Source of the DNA: Candidatus Micrarchaeota archaeon
GTDB taxonomy: Archaea > Micrarchaeota > Micrarchaeia > Norongarragalinales > UBA8480
Length of the DNA: 56,682 nt
Direction of reading: 5' to 3'
Assembly: GCA_023247085.1 (NCBI GenBank)
Contig: JAHFHC010000004.1
Location: forward strand, 1 to 56,682
Shown here: piece after piece, positions 1 through 7,411 of the stretch
Numbering within the stretch: position 1 is the first letter of the stretch
How the letters are laid out: each line of letters begins with the position of its first letter
Notes under the pieces: model-generated
The model's database searches: none
Told to the model about the DNA's origin: nothing
What the model saw: only the letters and a program-made list of their open reading frames with translations
Translations under genes and position numbers: made by a program

Positions 1-329
1 GCGTATTTGCTACCGCCAGGCAAAATAAAATTAGTTAAAGGGGAGGTTAAACTGGTTGCCTCATCTATTTGCCGTTCAATTCGCTCTACTTCTAGGTGCG
101 TTATTTGAAAGTCAGTACCAGCTAAAATTGCACCAATTGTAAACAAGTCTCGCTGCACTGCTTCAAGCAAGTCGCGATCTTGAGTTGATTCGCTTTTTGC
201 TAAGCCGACAAATGAATTTAACTCGTCTACTTCACCTATTGCAACAATGCGTTGATCAACTTTTTTGATCCGCGTTCCACTTGCTAAGCCTGTTTCGCCT
301 TTGTCGCCAGTTTTAGTATAAATTTTCAT
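1..329 (-). CDS. pduO: ATP:cob(I)alamin adenosyltransferase, PduO type (partial, runs off the window start)
   Basis: Hand translation from ATG at 329: MKIYTKTGDKGETGLASGTRIKKVDQRIVAIGEVDELNSFVG...QRDLFTIGA...FILPGG. Contains the PduO signatures YTKTGDKG-T, G-VDELNS and FILPGG. Confidence 0.9.
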   Translation of the reverse strand, partial: MKIYTKTGDKGETGLASGTRIKKVDQRIVAIGEVDELNSFVGLAKSESTQDRDLLEAVQRDLFTIGAILAGTDFQITHLEVERIERQIDEATSLTSPLTNFILPGGSKY

Positions 330-335
330 AACTTT

Positions 336-839
336 TTACTTCTTCGCAACTCGTTTGCCTAAATAGTGTAATTTGCCAAGGTGCATTGCAAAAGGCTTCC
401 GTTCATCATCTACTAATGCGCGCAGTACTTGGCCAACGAACATAACGTGATCGCCTAATTTTATGCACTTTACAACTTTGCACTCAGCGCTTAACACGCT
501 TCCGTTTATCAATGGCGGCGCAATGAACTTTGACGGCATTGTCTTGATGTTGAATTCTTTAAATTTATCAACTGTTTTCCCACTAACGTTTCCAACATAG
601 TGAGCAAGCGCCGCTTGGTCAATTGAACATAAATTTACTCCGAATTCAGAGCTTTCTTTCAACAAATCGTAAGTATAGTGCTTTGGATTTACAAATACGG
701 CAATGTAAAGTGGATCGTAAGACACGTTGAATGTCCACTCGCAAGCCATTACATTGCGCTTGCCTTTACTTGCAGTTGTCAGTAAACTAACCGTAGTGGT
801 GAAAAAACGTTTTGCGTGCTCAATATCTTCTTTAAGCAT
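336..839 (-). CDS. Flavin reductase family (flavoredoxin-like) protein
   Basis: Motifs NVMACEW, SYDPLYIAV, EFGVNL, G-SG-VDKF, ECKV and GDHVMFVGQV. ATG at 839 preferred over the ORF-track start at 887. Confidence 0.88.
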   Translation of the reverse strand: MLKEDIEHAKRFFTTTVSLLTTASKGKRNVMACEWTFNVSYDPLYIAVFVNPKHYTYDLLKESSEFGVNLCSIDQAALAHYVGNVSGKTVDKFKEFNIKTMPSKFIAPPLINGSVLSAECKVVKCIKLGDHVMFVGQVLRALVDDERKPFAMHLGKLHYLGKRVAKK

Positions 840-950
840 ATAAGATAATTTATACTCAAATAGAGAATTAAAAACGATTGTTTTCACTTGGAGAAATTAG
901 CTTAGTTTTAAATATCGACAAGGAGTAACACAATTCAGTTGAATAATAAA

Positions 951-1298
951 ATGGGAGAAGAACTAGCTTGCCCGCAATGTGGCAACCCAAATTTAGATGT
1001 TGACGAACAGAACAGCGTTGTCTACTGCCAGAAATGTGGTTTTGCAGTGAAAGTTGACCCGCAAACCGGGGAAGCAGTGCCAATTTCGCAAGGCGGAGCG
1101 CCACGCGGCTTGGCAGAAGCCGGCCAGCCAACGCAAGCTTATAATGACCACACTATTTTCGGCATGGATCCACTAACGTTTTGGATGGGCGGATTTGCAA
1201 TTTTATTACTCTTATTTTTCCTCGGCGTACTTCGCGACTTAACTATACTAATGCTACTTCTAGCAGTGTTGACTGCATTCTGGTGGATGAAAAAGTAA
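951..1298 (+). CDS. TFIIB-type zinc-ribbon protein with C-terminal transmembrane helices
   Basis: CPQCG-x15-YCQKCG ribbon, a G/P-rich linker, then two hydrophobic segments ending WWMKK. Confidence 0.7.
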   Translation: MGEELACPQCGNPNLDVDEQNSVVYCQKCGFAVKVDPQTGEAVPISQGGAPRGLAEAGQPTQAYNDHTIFGMDPLTFWMGGFAILLLLFFLGVLRDLTILMLLLAVLTAFWWMKK

Positions 1299-1311
1299 GC
1301 CTATTTTCTAT

Positions 1312-2580
1312 TCAAAATTCTCCTAAACTTTTTTGATTGACCACAGTTGCTTTATTTTTGCCTAGTTTTAACTCAGCTGGTAAAATCAATTCGCCATACT
1401 CGCCATCATAGCCAGGCTTAATCTTGATAGCGTTTTCTCGGTTAAGCATAATAACTCGGCTCATTTCAAGGCCAACAATTTCGCGCAAATCTGGTTCAAG
1501 AACATCAAACACGACCTTGAACTCGCTTCCAAATTTCGCAATTAACTTATCATAAGCTTCAGTTACCTTTACCGAATATAAATTAGATCCAAGCACTGCA
1601 GAGATAATCTCTGAAAGCGGAAGTACAGTGCGAAAAGGAATTGCGTTTTTCCTCTTGAATCCCAAAGGCCGATCTGCAAGTTCAACAACCCTATGTTCAA
1701 CTCCAATTGTTAGCTTCTTACCGCACTTTGGACAAACCTCCTTTAGTTTAGCAGTTTCTTCATAAGAACACGAAAACCCACACGCACGGTGGCCAGTAAC
1801 ATGATATTTTCCATAAGCTGGTTCGGTTTCTACAGTGTACAAGAATTTCTTTGAGTCATTTTTTCGAACAGCCTCGAAGATTTTATCAAACGAATTACAG
1901 TCGTCGCTAAACGCGTTGCATTCTCGACCCAAGCGCCACGGTTGTGGCGAATGTGGGTCAGAATTAGACATAATTGCAAAGCTATCCAGCGAAGACACGC
2001 GCCACATCATAGCAGGGTCCGCAGACATTCCACTCTCCACAGCAACGATTTTCGACGCTTTGTCACCATAAGCTTCTTGAATTGAATTATAACCACTTTT
2101 ATCACCTAGTACACCGAACCAGGGGGTAAACGCGTGTGCTGGGACAATCTCCGCTTTACTTACCGATTGTTTTGTCATTTCTACAAACTCTGCACAACTT
2201 GTTTTGCCAAGCATTGGCCTACCATCAGCTGCGAGGTTGCCACGTTTTGCATAAACATCACGTAATTGAACAACGTTTTCAATATTTGGAACATGAACAA
2301 TATGGTGAACGCGTTTAAACGAATCAAAAGTAGCGATTTCAACAGTTAACATAAACTTCGTTTTTGTTTTAACTGAAGTTAATTCATACAAACCCGTTTC
2401 GCCAATTTGCTTCAACTTACTTTTTATTTCAGCAAACCACTCCGGATGCGTAAAGTCACCAGTTCCAATAATAGACAAACCTTTTATCTCAGCTGTTTTC
2501 GCAAAGTTTTCAAGCGTAGAATTAACCGAACAAGCTCTAGCGTACTTAGAGTGAATGTGAAAATCTGCGTAGAGAACCAT
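1312..2580 (-). CDS. endoQ: Endonuclease Q family protein (PHP domain plus Zn finger)
   Basis: ADFHIHSKYARA, GTGDFTHP, HAFTPWFG, NSDPHSP, GKYH-GHR-C and CPKCG. Start moved to ATG 2580 (MVLYADFHIH). Confidence 0.88.
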   Translation of the reverse strand: MVLYADFHIHSKYARACSVNSTLENFAKTAEIKGLSIIGTGDFTHPEWFAEIKSKLKQIGETGLYELTSVKTKTKFMLTVEIATFDSFKRVHHIVHVPNIENVVQLRDVYAKRGNLAADGRPMLGKTSCAEFVEMTKQSVSKAEIVPAHAFTPWFGVLGDKSGYNSIQEAYGDKASKIVAVESGMSADPAMMWRVSSLDSFAIMSNSDPHSPQPWRLGRECNAFSDDCNSFDKIFEAVRKNDSKKFLYTVETEPAYGKYHVTGHRACGFSCSYEETAKLKEVCPKCGKKLTIGVEHRVVELADRPLGFKRKNAIPFRTVLPLSEIISAVLGSNLYSVKVTEAYDKLIAKFGSEFKVVFDVLEPDLREIVGLEMSRVIMLNRENAIKIKPGYDGEYGELILPAELKLGKNKATVVNQKSLGEF

Positions 2581-2612
2581 AATGATAATATTACTAAAAG
2601 GGGAAAAAGAAG

Positions 2613-3212
2613 TTAAAACACTCCTTTTATTCCAGAGAGAATGAATTGCACTGCAATTGCAACGAGCAACAAGCCCATTATTCTCGATAACAATTCTGTA
2701 CCAGTTTCGCCAATTAGTTTTGTGACAGAATCCGAGTGGCGGAGGATAAACCAAGTAAACGCTAAAGCTAATACTGACGCTATGCTCGTCACAAGTATAC
2801 CGTACTGCCCAGATAATATTATTGCAGTTGTAATTACGCCAGGCCCAGTTAACAACGGAGTACCGATGACAACTGCAGCTGGCGAAACTTTTTTACTTTT
2901 ACCTTTTTCTTTTGGAAAGGACAAGCTAAGGACAAGCTCAATCCCCATTATAACAAGTATTATTCCGCCTGCAATTTGCATTGAAGCAAGCGAAATACCA
3001 AGAACCGAAAGGAGCCCCTGACCAAAAAGCAAGAATAAGAAAAGTAACCCTGCAGCTATTCCAACTGCTTCCATTGCAATTAACCTCTTTTTAGCGGGAT
3101 TGTCTTTGCGAGTCAAGGAAAGGAATATTGGCACGCTTATGAAAGGGTCCATAATGGCAAATAGAGGAATAAACGCCCTGACAATTGATTCAAAAAAAGT
3201 TAAGTCAATCAT
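2613..3212 (-). CDS. marC: MarC family membrane protein
   Basis: LFAIMDPF, IAGGIIL, GTPLLTGPGVI and LSRIMGLLLVAIAVQFI; about six TM helices. Confidence 0.9.
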   Translation of the reverse strand: MIDLTFFESIVRAFIPLFAIMDPFISVPIFLSLTRKDNPAKKRLIAMEAVGIAAGLLFLFLLFGQGLLSVLGISLASMQIAGGIILVIMGIELVLSLSFPKEKGKSKKVSPAAVVIGTPLLTGPGVITTAIILSGQYGILVTSIASVLALAFTWFILRHSDSVTKLIGETGTELLSRIMGLLLVAIAVQFILSGIKGVF

Positions 3213-3254
3213 ATAACAACACAATTAAAACTAGCGGAGTATTAAAAATAGTCT

Positions 3255-3401
3255 ATGCCAAAAGCCAAGCCTAATGAAGAGCTAAAACAATTAGCAAGAG
3301 ACTGCCATAACGCGAAAATCTTCACTTACTTTAATTTCATAATACTGCTTTTGCTTTTGGCATTTGTCATCGGCGTAGTGTTAAAACAACTTGCGTTCTA
3401 G
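3255..3401 (+). CDS. Small single-pass membrane protein (48 aa), not in ORF track
   Basis: Hand translation MPKAKPNEELKQLARDCHNAKIFTYFNFIILLLLLAFVIGVVLKQLAF*. Divergent from marC, with a clean TM helix. Confidence 0.55.
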   Translation: MPKAKPNEELKQLARDCHNAKIFTYFNFIILLLLLAFVIGVVLKQLAF

Positions 3402-3518
3402 ATACGCATTTTCTTCACAAAACCTTTTTATTCGACAACGCAATAAATGTTGAACGTATCAAATGAGGGTGCAAATGCGTTGTAAGATGCACAGCTTTAT
3501 AACTTAACCATCTAAACA

Positions 3519-3760
3519 ATGGATCGTTTTGAAAACTCGCAAGGGTTTTCGAATGAGTTGTGCTTGGCTGAAAAAAGTCGTTTTACACTCGCAAGAGTAT
3601 TTTTTTGAGTTTCAAATCTCGCCCGGCTTGTCCGATCAGCGACGCTCTTTGGAATTTGAAAAAAATCGAAATGGCTAAAAACACTGCAGTTCAGGAGCAT
3701 TTATGCCGGTCCGGAAACCGCGTTCCGACTCCTGTGCCACAATGCAAAGCATGAACCCCA
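3519..3760 (+). ncRNA. Candidate structured non-coding RNA (unassigned)
   Basis: No credible ORF. Two GCAA-tetraloop hairpins (about 3527-3555 with G-U pairs on the + strand, and 3588-3599), CAGGAG/CTCCTG pairing, and a TTTATAA box at 3496-3502. No family recognised. Confidence 0.25.
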
Positions 3761-3785
3761 AAAGGCCTTTATAATAAAGGCCTTT
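3761..3785. promoter_or_regulatory. Symmetric AAAGGCCTTT-ATAAT-AAAGGCCTTT element (possible bidirectional promoter or operator)
   Basis: Two copies of a 10-nt palindrome flank ATAAT, giving TATA-like boxes on both strands. Confidence 0.35.
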
Positions 3786-3890
3786 GATACGCAACTTAAT
3801 TAAAAAAAATAGTGAAACAAACGAGCTAGCCACTGGGCGCATTATAAAAAAAGCTAAAACGCAGCGTCGGTCGCTAGAAAGGCTAAATCT

Positions 3891-4283
3891 TTAGTCTTTT
3901 CCTAGTATTCTTTTGCCCATTGTTTCCATGTACTGGATTTCTTTGCCTGCTTCTAATTCGCTTTTCATTTCTTCTGGAATGCTTGTTTCAAATGTTTCAT
4001 ATGAAGCCAAGTCCATTAATTGGCAAGAAGTGCCAGAAACGCTTATCACTTGCGCGCGTTTGCGTTCAACAATTGGAATTTCAATATCAGCATCAGATGG
4101 TTTCATCAAAGAATGCTTTGAGCCATCAAGGATACTCATTGCAACTACGTTTACTTTAGCTGCGCCGTGTTTTCCGGGCTTGCTTTTGTCCATTGAAGCT
4201 ACTCTACACGGGTGATCGTCAATTAGCACGTATTTGCCTTTTGAAAGGTCGCCCATTTGTCCAAATATCTTGTCAACTGCCAT
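3891..4283 (-). CDS. eif5a: Translation factor aIF5A
   Basis: Hypusine-site motif KPGKHGAAK; C-terminal QLMDLASYETF. Confidence 0.97.
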   Translation of the reverse strand: MAVDKIFGQMGDLSKGKYVLIDDHPCRVASMDKSKPGKHGAAKVNVVAMSILDGSKHSLMKPSDADIEIPIVERKRAQVISVSGTSCQLMDLASYETFETSIPEEMKSELEAGKEIQYMETMGKRILGKD

Positions 4284-4447
4284 TGTTCAATAAATCACCA
4301 AATTTTATAATTGTTATAAAACACAAGCTAAGAAATAGCTGGTCTAAATTTTTGTATATAATAGAGATGCAAAGCGGTTAAAAAGGCTTTTCGGTACCCA
4401 GGCTAACGGTATAAAACAAAGCATTGCCTAAGCATTATACTAAACAC

Positions 4448-5188
4448 ATGTACGTAGATAGCCATTGTCATTTAACGCACAAGCAGTTTGCAGGCGATGT
4501 TGAAAGTGTAATCCAACGCGCAAAGTCAGCGAAGCTAACCCGCGCTTACTGTACTGGCGGAATGCTTGGCCACGACCAAGCTGTATTAAAGCTATGTGCT
4601 AAACACAATGATTTCCTTCGCCCAGTTATTGGCATTAGCCCACATGACGCAAATAGGGTTACAAATGAACAAAAAGAAATGATTTTCGGCTTAATTGAAA
4701 GAAATCGCTCTAAACTAGCCGGAATTGGAGAAGTTGGCTTAGATTTTCACTATTTTAAAACAGAAGAAGAACAAAAAAAGCAAGAGGCATTATTTCGCGA
4801 AGAAATTGAACTTGCAAGAACACTAGATTTACCGATTGTTATTCATTCCCGCAAAGCTGAAGAAAAAGTGCTGGACATACTAGAAGAAGTCGAGTATTAC
4901 AACTTCGCAATGCATTGCTTTATGGTGAAAAACAGCGCCAAGCGAGTTATTGACCTCGGCGGGTTAATCTCGCTGCCAACTATTAAAAGCAAAGAAAAGA
5001 AATATATCATAAAGCAATTTGAAGCGGATAAATTCCTTTGTGAAACCGATTCGCCTTACTTATGGCAAGGAAGGAACGAACCCCTCAATGTGCTGAGCGT
5101 TTATAATGAAATTGCATTTGAAAAAGGCAAAAAAATAGAAGAAATAGGCGAAACAGTGCTTGAAAACGTAAAGGCATTTTTCAGGTGA
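4448..5188 (+). CDS. tatD: TatD family hydrolase
   Basis: DSHCHL, GISPH, GEVGLDF, IHSRKA, HCF and ETDSPY. ATG 4448 preferred. Confidence 0.95.
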   Translation: MYVDSHCHLTHKQFAGDVESVIQRAKSAKLTRAYCTGGMLGHDQAVLKLCAKHNDFLRPVIGISPHDANRVTNEQKEMIFGLIERNRSKLAGIGEVGLDFHYFKTEEEQKKQEALFREEIELARTLDLPIVIHSRKAEEKVLDILEEVEYYNFAMHCFMVKNSAKRVIDLGGLISLPTIKSKEKKYIIKQFEADKFLCETDSPYLWQGRNEPLNVLSVYNEIAFEKGKKIEEIGETVLENVKAFFR

Positions 5189-5197
5189 ATATTGAAA

Positions 5198-5656
5198 ATG
5201 GCAGATTTTGCACATAAATTCAAAAAATTATTTGGAACAGGAACACCAAAAAACATAGCGTGTTTTGTAGATGGGCCAAACATGATTCGCAAAGAACTTG
5301 GAATTGATTTAGAAAAAGTAAAACACAAACTAGAAAAATACGGCAAAATAAAAGTTGCAAAAGTTTTTCTCGACCAATACGCGTCTGACAAACTAATCGA
5401 AGCAGTTACCAACCAAGGATACGACCTAGTAATTGTACCAAGCGACGTAGACGTAGCACTTGCGGTAGATGCAACGCAATATATATTCAACCCAAACATA
5501 GACACAATTGCGATTGTTTCCCGCGACTCTGACTTCAGGCCAGTAATTGCAAAAGCAAAAGAACAAGGCAAAGAAACTATCGTAATAGGAACAAACCCAG
5601 ACTTTTCAACAGCATTGCGAAACAGCGCAGATATAGTAATAGACGCAAAGGAGTAA
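5198..5656 (+). CDS. NYN domain protein (TIGR00288-like, PIN-like fold)
   Basis: FVDGPN, DVDVALAVDA, SRDSDFRPV and G-ETIVIG. Confidence 0.88.
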   Translation: MADFAHKFKKLFGTGTPKNIACFVDGPNMIRKELGIDLEKVKHKLEKYGKIKVAKVFLDQYASDKLIEAVTNQGYDLVIVPSDVDVALAVDATQYIFNPNIDTIAIVSRDSDFRPVIAKAKEQGKETIVIGTNPDFSTALRNSADIVIDAKE

Positions 5657-5668
5657 AACAAAGAAAAA

Positions 5669-6121
5669 ATGTTTCCAAACGGCGAACTAGTAAAAAGCGG
5701 CGAAATACGCGAAACGCCACCAAGCGACTTAGTGAAGGAACTACAAGAAAAAGATTTCACTGGCTACGCCTCTTTTTCAGTTAAAGACCAAAACGGAATA
5801 CACAATTTTACAATTGCGCTTATTAAAGGAAACATAGCAGGTGCTTTTTCAAATAGCTTCAAGACAAAACAAAATCAACTTGGCGACAGCGCAGTACAAG
5901 AATTGTCAAACCACGCAAATTCGCCCGGATTCTACGACGTTGTACAACTCGATGAAGCACAAGTTAAACTAGCTGTAGAAGTACGGCCAGAAACACAAAT
6001 TGAAACAACAAACAAAGAAAAACAAAAAGCAAAGCAAGATGCGCTATTGCCAATAGCGCAAGAAGAGTCAAAAGAAGAAATTTTAAAAAAATACGGGCTA
6101 AGTTCACTAGCAGATCTTTAA
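5669..6121 (+). CDS. DUF2226-like (PATAN-like) archaeal protein
   Basis: LVKELQEKDFTGYASF...IKGNIAGA pattern; C-terminal EEILKKYGL; lies immediately upstream of minD. Confidence 0.55.
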   Translation: MFPNGELVKSGEIRETPPSDLVKELQEKDFTGYASFSVKDQNGIHNFTIALIKGNIAGAFSNSFKTKQNQLGDSAVQELSNHANSPGFYDVVQLDEAQVKLAVEVRPETQIETTNKEKQKAKQDALLPIAQEESKEEILKKYGLSSLADL

Positions 6122-6163
6122 TATAGTAAAAAAACGTAAAACAAAACAGAGAAAAAAACGATT

Positions 6164-6949
6164 ATGGCAACTAGAGTAATTGCAATTGCAAGCGGAAAAG
6201 GCGGAACTGGCAAAACCTCCATAGCAACAAACCTCGGCATCGCACTAGCAGCTAATGGAAAAGATGTTACAGTTGTCGACGGCGACGTTACAATGGCAAG
6301 CACAGGAATAATGATGGGGCTAAAACGCAGCCCAATTACAATTCACAACGTACTAATGGGAGAAGCACAAATTGAAGAAGCAGTTTACGAAGGGCCAAAA
6401 GGGGTTAAAATCGTTCCAGCTGGTTTATCACTAGAGCGAATAAAACGACTTGACTACGACAAATTCAAACACATTGTCAACGAATTAAGGCCAAGCAACG
6501 ATTACATAATTATAGACTGTGCGCCTGGCTTGGAAAAAGACGCCATGGCTGCATTAACCGCAGCAGACGAATGTATCCTCGTGCTTAATCCAGAACCAAC
6601 TTCACTTGCAGATGCATTGAAAGTTAAAGCGCTGGCTGAAAAAAACAACGTTAAACTAAGCGGATTAATCATAAACATGCACATGAATGAAAAAAGTGAA
6701 ATCCGCAATGGCGAACTTGAAAAACTAATGGCAACGCGAGTCATTGCGTCAATCCCATTTGATAGCCATGCAAAAAAAGCTTCTTCTACACAATCCCCCG
6801 CCTTTGTTAAGTTTCCAGAAAGCAACTTTGCCCTCGGAATAAGCCAAGCAGCGGCTTTTCTACTAGATGGCAAAGTAGTTACAAAAGTTAAAAAAGGTAT
6901 AGCGAGAAAGATATTTGAATCAATCGCAACTATTTTCAAAAGACCATAA
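6164..6949 (+). CDS. minD: MinD/ParA family ATPase (archaeal MinD)
   Basis: Deviant Walker A GKGGTGKT, VDGD, IIIDCAPG and ADECILV. Confidence 0.93.
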   Translation: MATRVIAIASGKGGTGKTSIATNLGIALAANGKDVTVVDGDVTMASTGIMMGLKRSPITIHNVLMGEAQIEEAVYEGPKGVKIVPAGLSLERIKRLDYDKFKHIVNELRPSNDYIIIDCAPGLEKDAMAALTAADECILVLNPEPTSLADALKVKALAEKNNVKLSGLIINMHMNEKSEIRNGELEKLMATRVIASIPFDSHAKKASSTQSPAFVKFPESNFALGISQAAAFLLDGKVVTKVKKGIARKIFESIATIFKRP

Positions 6950-6981
6950 ATTGAATTGATTTTTTAGGTGATTTAAAAAAC

Positions 6982-7215
6982 ATGGCAGAAAACAACCAAA
7001 AGAGACCATTTGACGTACTTAACAGCGCGTTGAACAAAAACGTATTGATTAAACTCAAAGGCGAAACCGAAGTACGCGGCGAACTAGCAAGCTTCGACGT
7101 ACACATGAACCTCGTCATTGAAAACGGCGAAGAACTACGCAACGGCGAACTAAAACGCAAACTTGGAGTAGTATTACTACGCGGAGACACAGTAGTATTC
7201 GTCTCGCCAGCGTAA
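6982..7215 (+). CDS. Sm-like archaeal protein (SmAP/Lsm)
   Basis: [17 protein letters not shown] (Sm1) and [12 protein letters not shown] (Sm2). Confidence 0.96.
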   Translation: MAENNQKRPFDVLNSALNKNVLIKLKGETEVRGELASFDVHMNLVIENGEELRNGELKRKLGVVLLRGDTVVFVSPA

Positions 7216-7234
7216 GGCCCCCACCGCGGCCTTA
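7213..7234 (+). terminator. GC-rich hairpin overlapping the Sm stop codon
   Basis: TAAGGCC / 8-nt loop / GGCCTTA, a perfect 7-bp stem. No U-tract follows, so function is uncertain. Confidence 0.3.
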
Positions 7235-7411
7235 CCAACCACGGGAACCATAAATACAAATTAGCGCAAGCTTTCAAAAGCGCTAGTTTAGGGATAAAGT
7301 GTTTTGTGCAAATCATCGTGAAAAGTTTGTTTTGCCCTACTAAAATCAGCTACACCTTTTTCCAACAAGCCAAGCACATAGCCTTATTTTAATCAACTTT
7401 TTAATAGATAC

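Noticed and set aside
3607-3627. 3' half of a split tRNA (GAG-TTTCAAAT-CTC-GCCCGGC)
   Set aside because: The loop is 8 nt, the T stem is only 3 bp, and there is no complementary leader or matching 5' half in the window.
3560-3640. RNase P or SRP RNA (GAAAAAAGTCG and CCCGGCTT loosely resemble RNase P CR-I and CR-V)
   Set aside because: The two segments cannot form P4, ACAGAA is missing, and there is no SRP helix-8 motif (CAGG..CGGAAG..AGCA). Left as an unassigned candidate RNA.
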